A program made the translations under genes and the position numbers. Below the pieces are notes generated by a model that ran no database searches, was not told where the DNA came from, and was given only the letters and a program-made list of their open reading frames with translations. This document shows positions 23,017 to 35,499 of a stretch of 64,000 bases of DNA, piece by piece (position 1 is the stretch's first letter; every line of letters starts with the position of its first letter). This stretch comes from Rhizodiscina lignyota (lineage: Eukaryota), in NCBI GenBank assembly GCA_010015805.1, contig ML978125.1, positions 620,001 through 684,000 on the forward strand. The letters are read 5' to 3'.

Positions 23017-26000
23017 CTAAACAGCACCAGTAACACCCATCGGACCTTGCTTCGGCAACCCACTGGCCCTCATGCTACTCCTATTCGGACTCCCATTAAC
23101 GCTTTCCTGACTCCCTCCCTGCTGCGCATACGGGGCCGCCGGGCCAGGCAGATCGTACGGATGGTGTTGGCTCGTCGGTGTGTGCTGGTTGCTGCCGTTG
23201 CTCGGGCCGTACGTCATACCGGCGCCGGGTCCGCCGACGTGCCTGACCGATGACTCGGTTTGCCAGAGGCTGGGATCGGTCTCGATTCGCTGGACCTGTG
23301 GCGCCGACGACCTACTGCCACGTGAAAAGGACTGAGCGGGGGTGTTAGGAGATACTCCACCGGCTGTAGCAGTGGGAGCTCTAGCGTGGTCGTGGTAGCG
23401 CTTCAGGATCTCCTTTGTTGTGAGTTCGGCGGAGCCGGAGAAGAGGCTTGAGTCGCCGAGCATCATTTGGAGGTCCTCTGGAACCTGTATGTAGCGTGAG
23501 GTAACTGATCATGGGCATGTAGCGAAAGAAGGATGGTCTTACCTGGCACAGCTCTGAATTGCATTCAATCATCGTACTGACTGCCTCGATTGCCAAGAAA
23601 CTAGCATCAGTGTCGGGCCTGGCACTACTCGAGTAGAGAAGGTTGGGTGCCATGACGGTTGCGAGGTTGTGAACGTCCATCTTGCTCCCAGATTCCTCAT
23701 CCACTGTGTGGAACGATGCAGCCCACTTGAGAAACTCGAAGAGAACCTCCATGGTGTCGCGATGTACCTTTGGAAGGAGACAGCACGTCAAATGCAGGAT
23801 CCGCCTTCTCTTCTCGTCGTCATTTGCGCCTATAGTTGTATCAGTATCAATCCCGCGATAACCATGTTCGAAATACTTACGAGCTCCAGCGATGAAAAGC
23901 TTCTGGAGCTTGAAGGTCATCACCGGGTCTGGGAGTTCTCTGAGGAACTTCTTCAATAGCGCGGCAACCTGCACGGGGTTGTCCTGGGTAAGATCCACGG
24001 CGTCGCAACCATTGTTGTTGATCTTCTCCGTCGACTCGTTCAGTCGCCTGATGTTGCCATTCTTGCGGAAGACGCCTTCGACAGACATGTCCATGTTGCG
24101 CATTGCCGAAATGCAGTCTTGAACCAGTTGGGGAACGCGTAGAGTTCCCGGACCAACGCCATCCGTTGACTCGGCACCGTCTTGGTTGACAACATCCTCA
24201 AGCGGCCGGCCAAAGTAGCCTATACTCTTCGCTCTCTTGTTGCCCCCCTTTGACTTGTCGGGCTTGAAAGCTCTTCCAAACTTGTCCCAGATGCTCGGAC
24301 GCTTCGTCTCGATGAGCTCAAGCAGCTCTTCCTGATTGAACTGTCCCTCGAGAAGCGGCGCCATTTGCAAGACAGCAATGTGGCGGACGTTGAAGTATTC
24401 GAGTGCTGAGAGCTCGGAGAAGAACTTTCTGCCCCTTGGCATACCTCCATCAGCAAGCTTGTCAGCGTCTCGATCTCCGGAGTATTCTCGTCGATGACCG
24501 TTCACGAGCCTAGGCTTAGGCTCCGAGCCGATAAGGTGACCACGCGCATACTTGGAGGCGTTCGGCCTCTGATCCTTGGCTTGCTCGGCAGCAACAATTC
24601 GAGGAATGTCGTCCAAGGCAAGAGAATTCGCTCCGAAGGTTAGAGAATTGAACTCTTCGTTCTTCATGTCGCGATCGTGCACGATCTGGAGGTTTGTTGT
24701 CGCTTGCGTATCTTCCGATCCAGGCTCTGCGTTGCCGCCCTCTGGACGATCGATGATCCGTGACGATCTCGCACGTTGCATCGTCTGGGACAGATGCTTG
24801 TCTAGGCGTGTCGAGCGGAGTCTCCGGATATCTCCAAGAGTCTGCTCGTAAGAAGACTGACCTTGAGGATCAGTGGTCGGTGATCCACCATACGATCGTG
24901 ATCTTGTATCTGACCGTAGCAGAGGTGGTTCAGCAACTTCTCCTTGTGGGGTCAACTGATGACCTTGGGTGGAATCGTAGTCACGCAGATTCGGGTCATC
25001 TAAATGTATCAGGTCTCAGGCGAAGATGGCATGGAGTGGACACTCACCTGAAGTATGTGGCAGGGTACCGTTATTCTGCAGATTGGCCATCAATCGGGCA
25101 TGTGCAACTTTAAGGAGATGAATGTACTGTTGTAGCCTTGTTACTTCAAAAACGCCGCCTCGGGCGTCAGGGAACTGAACAGCACAGTCATTGCAAAGCA
25201 GCTTCTGGCTCGAAGGTGACCAGCGGATCGTGGATGGACTCTGTTCCAATTGTATGCCGCAATTCTGGCAGACCATGCAATGGTAATGAAAAACTCGCTC
25301 GCCAGCCCTGACGCATTTGTCCTCGACAGGCTTCTCGCAGATGGGACATGTGTCGGCGCTTCGATGTATGAGCAGCATGGATGCGTTGACCTGGTCGGTC
25401 TGGTCCTCGTCCTCGAGACGTTGATCGAGACTGTTGATCCTGTCCAAGAAACGCTGTAACCCTTCCGTGCTGCCGGTCTCTCGCTCCAGCTTGAGTGCAC
25501 CCTGCAGGCAGATCCGAATCAAAAGCTTGAGGTAGTGTGCGAGACCAGTAACGAGAGACAACAACTCTTGAGTAACACCGAGCCTCCTCATGCCACTGAC
25601 GTGTGACTCGGAAAGAAGCTGGAAGAAAGCTACCACCTTCTTACACAGCAGCTTTGCTTCGCGAGAATATGAGAGACTCTTTGGTGTTTTGGCCGTCAGT
25701 AACCGGTCGAGGTCATCTGCAGCGCCGAACAGCAGCTCCACGTGAATGATAAACTTCTTCGCGGCTAGTACGCCCTCAACGTAGGCGCCGTTGCTGACGT
25801 GCAAAAGCATGTCTGAGATGCAGGTAGCGGACTTCTCTTCGAATGTCGAAAGCGTCCTCCAGATCCAGAGGACCTTCTCTTCAACTCGCTCCTCATCTTT
25901 CCTTACGGCGTGGCGAACTTCGTCTGTTGCGTCGGCCTCGGACATGGGCTGGTCCAGCGGCTTTTCACCGGCAAACAAGCGCACATTCCAGTACTTGTGA

Positions 26001-26843
26001 ATCATGTAGCACTCCGGATGCCAGTGCTGGTTCTGTCCGTTGCGGTAGATTTCGACAAACTGCTTGAGAATGGAGTTTTGACAGCCGTTGCATCGCTGCG
26101 CGAACTTTGTCGAGTAGTGATAGTGGCAGTAAACATTGCCCTCGTGTTCATAATAGCTGTCCTGGGCGCCGAAAACGGTGGGACAGACGGAGCATGTGAA
26201 GTGTTCGATGTGATATTTACGGTCCAGCGCGGTTATGTACGAGCCCCGCAGCGCGCCACCGCACTGGAAGCATAGCAGGTCGAGTCGACGGAAGTAATCG
26301 GTTTCGCAGAGAGGATATTGACCGGGTGGTTGGTCGGGAACGGGAAAGAATTTCGAGGCGACGATCTTGTCACAGTCCTAATGGCACGTAAGCTGGATGA
26401 ACGAGTGAATTAATTTTGGAACAACACACATGGCAAGTGAAACACTCGAGATGGAACGTGTCTCCAAGCGCCCTCACGAACTGTCCGGTGAGGTTCTCAC
26501 CGCATTTGCCACAAATTCGAGAGCCGCTTGGCTTCCTTGACGGGCCAGGTGGAGTGTCTATAGGGAAAGCTCCAGGGACTCCAGGAGTCTGATTGGTGTT
26601 TGGCGCTGGACCTGGAGCGACAAGCTCTCTTGACGTATTCGTGTTGTTGTCTGGCGACGGCAAGCCTTGTTGATAGCCCCAACGCCCTCCGTCGGTGGGC
26701 GACGGCGTACTGTTGTAACTTGTATTCGGATTCATGGTCGATCTCGGTGGCTCGTGACCTTGGTAGGTATTCGACGGGCCGGCCATGCCATTTGCGCGGA
26801 CGCTGCTCAAGCCTTGTTCAGCGCTACCGCCGCTGGCGGCCAT
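23017..26843 (-). CDS. LRG1: LIM-domain Rho GTPase-activating protein
   Basis: LIM zinc fingers (CGKCGENL..FHLECFTCH|DC; YHIEHFTCSVC; WHPECYMIH; CPICEKP) and a RhoGAP domain (VEGVFRKNGNIRRL, LLKKFLRELPDP, KMDVHNLATV). About four introns, including 26429-26378 and 23880-23830. Confidence 0.9.
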
Positions 26844-28108
26844 CGCATCGCTACGCTCCGCGAGCGTGGGCGTCCAGCGTGGAGTTGAGCGTGTACAGCG
26901 CGGTGCCGAAGGATGCGGTGTATGGGGGCCGCTCTACGCGTGCGAGAGGGCGGTCGAGGTATGTGGCGCGCGGCGACGTTGGTGAATACGCGGCTTGAGG
27001 GGCGTGAGAGAGCGATCTCCGGGCGTGCTGTCGCGTGCGTGAGGTTGGAGTATATTGCGGCGACGAGCAGGCGGAGAATAGATCGGCGATGTCACGATGC
27101 ACAGGGAGACGTTGCGGCGGGCGCTCTCGTGGCTCTGCAGGCGTGGCGGCGCGGTGGTTTGGCGTAGACAGCGGGAACACAAAGAAGCGTGGTGCCGCAG
27201 GTGTTTTGAGGAACGGTTGCGCAGGGTGAGGCAGAGCGTGGTTGTTGTGGGTGGGATGTTGGAGGTCACGCTTTCGCAGCAGTTTGCTGGCAGCGTTCAA
27301 GGTGCTGGGGCGCCAAGCCCGCCAATTTGGCGTCGTGAAGAGGCTAAGCGCACGAGCAGCAATATCTCTCTCTCACCTCGTCCACGCCGTCGTCAGAGTC
27401 ACATGCAGAACGGCAGATTGTCTGATTGTGAAACGCTATCGCTCGAGTCGCTGGGTTCGTGCTGCGAAAAACCTGCTGGAGGCATTGCGGAGCTCAGCAC
27501 ATGGCGATCGGCGTGCTGCCACTCCTTGTTTATGTAGCACGCCTATATATATCCCCACAGCTTGACAGCAGGGCCAATGCTCCCACATGCAGCAAACCTC
27601 TCTCACACACGCGGTTGGCGTAGCCGCACCGTCGACGCAAGCCGCAAATCCTTCTGCCTATTTTTTCTTTCTAGAACGCCGGCCGTGGTAATAAATTCGC
27701 CGGCCGGGAAGGGTGCGTCGAGGCTCCGCTTTGAGGCGCAAATTCAATGCACAATGCAGCGCCCTCTGCAGGGACGCCAGCACGACAGCACAGCGGCCAG
27801 TCCACACACGCGAGCCCATCTGTCATGTCGCGGTGGATGTATAGCGCTTCCAAAACAACAATTAGTAATACAAAACAACGCGCCCACCGTAATTGCTGCT
27901 CGTCTCCGATCACGGCCACCTCATGTAATTAGCCGCACGTGACACCGTGACAGATTGCCCTGCAAGGCCTCGCGCGAAAAGCTTGATGCGCCCTGTGTCC
28001 ATCACGAACTTCCCCACAACCCTCTCCACAACCGCCCCCCACAACATCCCTTCGCTTCTCTTCTGATCCGATCATACTTCTGCTCAACATCACGACCAGA
28101 GGAGCGCC

Positions 28109-28621
28109 ATGGCAAACTACACCCACCCCTCGACCTCCCGCCCGCCCATCAAGATCATCACCTCCGAGCAAGAAGAAGCCGGCACCGAGCTCAAACTCGG
28201 CCAGTTCCAGTCCACGCCCACCCTCTCCCTCTCCGAAGCCCGGCTAATCATCAACGCCGTCATCGACCGGCGGCATGCTGAGAAGAAGCGCTTCACGGAG
28301 ACGGAGTGCGTGCCCCCCCTCCCTGCACCTCCCTTTGTCGCCCTTCCGCTAACGTAGGAGAAAAGGGTGCTCACGAAAATGACCGAATACCTCGACACCT
28401 TCGCGCGCTTCCGCCGCAAGGAGACGATCGAGGAGATCGACGAGCTGCTGCGCGCGCACGCCGTCTTCGACCCGTTCGAGAAGTCGCAGCTTGCCACGCT
28501 GTGCTGCGAGAGCTACGAGGAGGCCAAGACGCTGATCCCGAGCATTGCGAACAAGATCACCGATGGGGACCTGCAGGAGCTGCTGGATGAGATTTCGAAG
28601 AGGCGCAACTTTGTGGAGTAG
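28109..28621 (+). CDS. RPB4: RNA polymerase II subunit Rpb4
   Basis: ELKLGQF..LSLSEARLII and YLDTFARF..FEKSQLATLCCESYEEAKTLIPSI..LQELLDEI. Intron 28306-28365. Confidence 0.92.
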
Positions 28622-29458
28622 GTGGGTGTTTTGATGGGATGGATTGGGACTGGGATTGGCACTAGATTTCGTCATTAGCGAGGCGTTTGGTTAGAAAAGC
28701 TCATTCAGATTGTTCACAAAAGCGTGAGCGAGCATAGGCGAGAGTTCATACCGGTCAGGCGTCTGGCCTTTATGTCACGATACTTCACTCGAAGTCGAAG
28801 GGGGAAAAAATAATCAAGCACTTTATCAAACTCCATTTAGTCTTCGTCAGAGGACAATAGACTCACGGGTGGCACCAAGTGTATACACAGCATCAAAGTT
28901 TGTCCAAGTGGGCTCTTGTAATTCCTACTACGTACACACCGAAGAACAACTTTTTCCTAGTGTGACAATCTCGCTACGGAGTACTTTCCCAAAAGCCACC
29001 AGACGCGGAAGAGCGCAAGAAAACATGCAAAATGATCTTTTTTCGCAATCTGCCAAGAAAAAAAAGCATGTCGACGATAGAGCGGATACAGTTTGTGAAA
29101 GGAAAAGGGTCGGTCTTCCAAGCGAGCGTAAAACCAGTCTGAGAGTTGGAGTTGGTACACAAAGGAGCAGAGCAGTAAAAGAGAGAGCAGACTATGACTC
29201 AGAATAGAAAATGCTGTTTGAGTCGACAATCGTAAAATCGAGTTGAGGCAAATTCAGAAAACACAATATCAGAAAACCGCATGCTGTTTCGTGTAATCAG
29301 ACTACGCCCCCGCCGCCATTAAAGTTCCAAGAATGATTTCGTGCTGTGCTGCCACCAACGCCTTGCTAAACATGTACAAAGAAGACAAATTGATTTGAAA
29401 GGCGAAATTTCCAGTCGCGCGTCCTGAGAAGTGAAAAGCTCGAGTCCAGTTCAAGCTT

Positions 29459-32400
29459 CTAGGTTTGCTCTGCTTCTGGCAGCTTCAGTGAATTGTCATC
29501 AGAGATGACATCGATGGTCGGGGTCCGGGGAGGAGAATGGGCAAGCTCGATTTCTGCTCTCGGTGCATCCGCGCCAGCTGACTGTTCAGGGGATGCCGAA
29601 GGCCTCGGAGTTGGGCCATCGTCAATGTGAGAGCTGACACTACCCTTGCGTTCCGCATGTGCTCGAGGTGTAGCTTCCATATCAATCTCCTGCACCCCAT
29701 CGCCAGGCAGTTTGGGGAACACCTCAGGAGGCGTCAATGACCGTTGGTCTCCCTTCGCAGCAAGGTGCTCCTCTGTGGGAGCTTCCGCAATCACTGGTGG
29801 TGGTGGATTTGGGAGCACATCTGCAGCAGCTATGTCTTCAACAGAAACAACGCTTCCATGGCTGTTCGTTCGCATCATCTCAACTCCCAGCTTGGAAGAC
29901 CCTCGCGGCCTGCCCTTTGGACTCTTTGCGCGAAGTTTCGTATCGCCAAGCTCTTCGTCCTCATCGTCGCCAGAATCGGCCCATTCATGTGCAACTCGAA
30001 GATCTACCGAGCGGCGCTTAGCAGCCAGTGGCTCTGCAGAGCGACGATTCCTTGGCATTGGGTGTGGAGGGTGCTCCAGCGCAGCAGGAGCAGATGATTG
30101 GTGTGGAAACTCTGGAGGAGGCAGCGACTTGGTTTCAAGATCATGCATGCCCGATTCTTCTGAGATGCCAAGGCCGCCCATCGCTCGGGCGATTTGTAGG
30201 TCTCGCCAGTCCTCTGTCGCCTGCCGGCTGATAACAAGGGGAATGTCATCGCTGCGGCTATCCACGTCTCCAAAGAAGCTTGAGCTAATTGAATCTTCCC
30301 TGCTGGATCCACGCCAGCTGCTTGAAGGTATAGTTGGGAAGCTGGAGGAGTTAGAGATGGGGCTATCCTCAGAGCGAAGCGACTCTTGTCGGAGGCCAGA
30401 CGGTACCAGTGCAGGAAGCTGAGCTGGTGTCCAATCTGGTGGTGGCGGCTTCCATTGGCATAACCGGCTCAGGACATCGGTAAGTTTCTGCAGTGTGGGG
30501 GGCTTCTCGATCATGGCATCGAAGTGATGCGGTGCCTGGAGCTCTTTCAGATAGCCCGTCACAGCCACTATAGGCGTGCGCGAATTTGAGTTCTTAGTAT
30601 CGCGAATCATCCTTGCAACATCAGCGCCATTGATTTGAGGCAGCTTGATCTCCATCATGATAATGTCAAACTTGACGTCGCCCATTGCAACACGAACGGC
30701 CTCTGAGCCAGTACAGACGGTGATTGTCCTGCAACGAAGCTTCTCCAGTAGCTTTTCCATTACGATCCGGGAGACTGGGTGGTCTTCGCAGATGAGGACA
30801 TCCAGTGGTCGGAAGAATGGCCCATCCGCTATAAAGATCTGAGACAGCCGTCGCGAGCTTTGACGGCGCCTCTGAACTCGCAAGAGTGCCTTCTGACGTG
30901 TGTCTTCATTATCTGACGAAGAAGGAGACAAGTCAAGAGCTTGGCTGCGGCGTTTGTGGTGTGAAGCCACTAGTTCCGTCACTACATCATCTTCCTGGGA
31001 GCTGATCGTCTGACTTCTTGGTCTAGCAGACACTGGTCCTTGGCTTGGCGGAGCACTATGCTGCTTCTGAAGAGCAAGTGTTCGATCTTGCGCCATTTGA
31101 ACGGGTACCCCAGGTGATTTCGCCAGCTTAATTGGCGACGATGCAGTCGATGTTGTCTTGAAACTCGTGGCCAGCTTCGGAGCGTCAAAGAAGCTTCCCG
31201 GTTGAAGTGTACTACTAGTTTGTTGTGCCGCAGTTGATGAGCTGCTTGATGTTTTGCGTCGTTCCTGACCAGCTGAAAAGGACACGAGCAGAGGCGAAGA
31301 AGGCCCCGACTGTTTGCTTGGAGAAGAGCTCGCCTGAGTGCTGGTCAAAAGTGGAGATACGGGTCTGTTGCCACCGCTCTTTGTAGATAGTGTTCTCTTC
31401 AGTGGCATCGGCAACACCGGGGATGATTCCAAAGATGGTGTTGGAGAACTGATAGCCGGAGACGACAATCCAGAGTTCGACTTGCTCTGAGCCTGCATTG
31501 CCTCCGCACGCAACTTTTGAATAACGTCTTTGTTTGCCTTTTCCAGAACCGGTAAATTTTTGAATGAGAAACTACCAAAGTCGTCTGCGGGCACTGGTTC
31601 GCTCAACCTCCTGCTGCGGCCATCTCGAACGTGTGGCGGTATGTGAAGGGGTATCAAGCCTCTCTTGATCGAGTTGACTTGTGTTCGAATTTTCGACAGA
31701 GCATCGTGGGGTCGATCTTGATAATCCGCGCCTGGGGTACTTGCGGAAGACGTCCCTTGATCCTCAAACTCAGCCGAGAAACTTTGCAGCGTGGCTCCGC
31801 GAGCATCAAAGTACTCTGTATCTTCAGGGTCCTCAAGATTTGGAACGAATGAAGCCTCGTCCTCTCGAATAGTTGCCCAGTTGATATCAGCGAACCAAGG
31901 GTGGTTTCGAATCTCCTCTCCGCCGCTTAGAAATTTGTCGTCCGCATTGGCTCCAAGTCGCTTTGTCGGATCAGTACAAATGAGACGGTTGATCAGATCT
32001 TTCGCATCTTCGGAGACTTCAACCGCATCGTCTGCTGGCCAATCTATCTTTCGAGCCAGAATGTTTTCGAAGACTTGTTCAGGAGTGTCCGCATGGAATG
32101 GTGGGTAGCCATAGAGGAATTCGAAGATCATACACCCTACAGACCACCAATCACTGATCTCATCTTGGCCGATACCGTTGACGGTTTCTGGTGCGAGGTA
32201 ATCGGGTGTTCCGACAAACTTGCGGCTGGTATCCTGAGGATCGAAGAGAGCCATTGGAGGTGGTGGCATACTTGATGTTGCGGGAGGTGTACTGCCATGT
32301 CCGCCCGAGCTTGCGTTGCTGAAGGTATGCTGCAACACGTATGGGTCCGGCGAGTGATTGTCGCCACTGTTCTCTTCTTCGATCGGAGATCGTGCTGCAG

Positions 32401-35400
32401 CTTGTTGCGGCATATCATCGACTATTGAGAATCTTCGAAACATTGCCTGCAGTGCGTCGCTGCTCTCACTGTCACTGCGATGACCGGAACTCTTGCGAGT
32501 TTGAGAGCTTTCGCGATACAGATTGAAATAGGACGGTTGTCCTAATTCTCCACTAATAGCTGGCGTAAGGCTTGGAGTCTGGGAAGGAGAGTGGTTGGTA
32601 CCGTGAACATCGAATGACGTTGACCGTGAAGACGACACGGAAACAGCCCGTTTGAATGGACCTTGTTTTAGAAGATCGGGGATGGGTTCACTGGACTTGT
32701 TTAGAGCGCGCTTTTGCCGACCGATAAGACCCATTCGCGAAAGGCCGAAATCAGTCAATTTCAGGTGGCCCTTCTGGTCGATGAGGAGATTGTCTGGCTT
32801 TAGGTCGCGGTGAACGATGCCCCTGCTATGGAGGTGCTCCACACCTAGAACAACTTCTCCGATGTACTTCTTTGCCCACTCCTCAGGCAGCCCGCCAAGG
32901 ACTTTGATAAGCGATGCACAATCGCCGCCATTCAAATACTCCATGACCAGATAGAGGAAGTCTTTGCTCGAAAATGTCCAGTACAGCTTGGCAACAAAGT
33001 CGCTCTCTCCTTGCCACATCATTATTGCACGCTCCGCTTTGACATTAGTGACTTGGTTCTTTGCCACCATGTCAGCCTTCTTCAAGACTTTTATTGCAAA
33101 GTAATCACCGGTAGACTTCTTCTTGGAAAGGTACACGCTACCGAATGCGCCTTTGCTGATTGGCTTGATGATCTCAAAGTCTTTGATAGAAGGTGGAACT
33201 GCTCGCGGCTGAGGATTTGTTGCAGTCAAGCGCGGTGAAACCGGTCGCTGCAAGACATCCGAGGAGGCTGCAGATGATTGCCGACGATGGTGATGATGGT
33301 GATGCAGGTGCAATGCGGATGGTCCTGGGGAGGAGAATTCGCTTGTCGACAGGACCGGAGAGGTGATTGGGGAGTGCATGCTCTCCTGCCCACTTGGCAC
33401 TCTTCCCTTTGCCAGGCGCAGGGGAGATGAAGGCGGAGGTATACCTCGTGCAGGTGATTGTCCTCTGCTTGATCCTGTCGGTGGAAGAATCAGGCTTCTG
33501 CGTTTGCTTTCGCGAGAGCTGGAAACCCTTGTGAGTGCGACTTCGGCACCTGGAGACTCGGCGCGGCGGGCGCCAGCGGAGAAAACGGAAGACCGCACAC
33601 TACTGTCGCTCTCTGCGCCTGTGTCACTTTCGAGGCAGATAGAGGCTCGTTTGCTCTGCGGCATGACGCTGACAATGCCTCCATGCGATTTTGGGGTTTG
33701 CGCACCACGCGGGCTACTTGATCGTGTTGACGCTGGCGTTGAAGATTTCCTCCGACCGTGTTCAAGTTGTTCGAGTCTCCGAGCCTGTTCAGCGGCGGAT
33801 AAATCCGGGTTGGAAGCGGTTCTAAGGGCTGAAGCCATCGCAGATAACCCCTCGGACGAGCCCTTAAGTGGAGCTGCAGCGGGCGCCAGCAGCGGTTGTT
33901 CTGGTATTCCGCTTTCTTCCTCATTGTCAGCTTCGTCTGTTTGATCATCCAGTTGGCTCTCCGTGTCACTGCTGGAGTCTGTCAAATCTCCAGCAGCAAT
34001 ACGTGCAGCTTTGCGCATTGCAGCATCGATACATTCATGAACAAGAACATCGAATTCAATCCGAATACGTTCAGAATATTCCAAGATTCGGCGGTGGCGG
34101 AAGACAGCCTCTACCTTCTGCCGTGCGAAGCGAGCAGTGTCGTCACAGAGCAATGTAAGCCCGGGATCAGATTCGACAGTCCCAGAGGTTGGTGATTGCC
34201 ATTGCAAGACTTGCGTAATCCTGTTCTCAGATTGCGGAGACTGTGTCCTGAACTCTCCATCGCCCATTCCGGGCATTTCTTTCAGTGCTGGGGTGTTAAT
34301 CTCAATCGCTGTGTCGCAGAGATCAAGGACAAGCTCGACTATTCGGGCGACTGGCCTTCTGATTGCGAAGGACTTCGCACGGTGATGGCCAAATCCGGAC
34401 GAACGTTCCCGGGATCGAGACGGCGGTGATGCTGGCGATGCTCGTCCTGAAGAGGGGCCAGATGAAGGATTTGATATTGGCCCAACTGGGATGCCTTTGT
34501 ACTCAGGGAGGGGAGTTGGCGAAGGAATCGTGTCACCAGAGGTTGGCCGAGGTTGTCGAGCTCTGGCTTCATAGGCATCCAATACTTTGACGATGGCATT
34601 TCGATGATCGCTGAGGTGCTCGTGAGCGATCTGGACCTCCATTTCTGCCTTGTGTTCTTGCAGGCAGAGCTCTGTGTGCTTTTCGAACCACCATGGCGTA
34701 ATCTGACGCTCGCAGATGCGGCAAAGGACGGGTAGCGGAGGAGGATGATTAGCAGGATCGTTTGCCCCCACCTCCGCAAGCCCAGTGAGATAGTGTGCAA
34801 GCATCTCCGCACCAACCCCAAGTGATTCAACGAGGAGCTCGGGAAGATCAATTCGAACCTCTCGGACGACGGCGGGTCGGATCATCCACATTGTCTAGCA
34901 GTTGTCAGAAAGTTGCTAATACGGCCCACTATTTCTATCACCAGAGGAACACTTACATGGCTAACATCACCCGATGTACGGTCGTACACCACAATACCCT
35001 GTGCCTCCAGTGCAATGGTGTGTTTGGGCGCCGCATCCTCGAAGTCTTTCTCTTCTACCTCTGCCTTGTCCTCTTGCGGTTCCGGTTCCTGGTGTGAGGT
35101 CCTGGGAGATAGTGAAGATAGTTTTCCAATATGAGCTGAAAAGCGAACAATATGACTTCTTGAGTCGTCCTTCTGCAGCTTTCCAACGGCATCGTTGAAC
35201 GCATCTTTGTCATCGATGACGATATCTGCGATTGGCTTCCCAATGACTGCCGCGGTGGGAGTGCCAATGACGTCTTCCCATGATGGACTGACCCACTTGA
35301 CAGTCCCATCCAAGTTGAGATCCAATATAACGTTCAAGCTGTGTTCGGCAGCTTCTTTGAGGTCCTGTCGTTCCTCTCGAATATCTTGACTCAGGCTCCT

Positions 35401-35499
35401 CTCCATGTGATGTCTGGGGGAGGCTTCTTTCGTAGCTTCATCCTTTAGCGCAGTGACTGCTAGGTGCAGTGCACGCTCTTGCTTCTCAGGTTCGTCCAT
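29459..35499 (-). CDS. RIM15: Rim15/Cek1 AGC kinase (PAS, zinc finger, split kinase domain, receiver domain)
   Basis: PAS region in exon 1, intron 34956-34895, CRICERQITPWWFEKHTELC, SIKDFEIIKPISKGAFGSV, HRDLKPDN, a long insert before FVGTPDYLAPE, and receiver domain LDVLICEDHPVSR. Confidence 0.95.
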
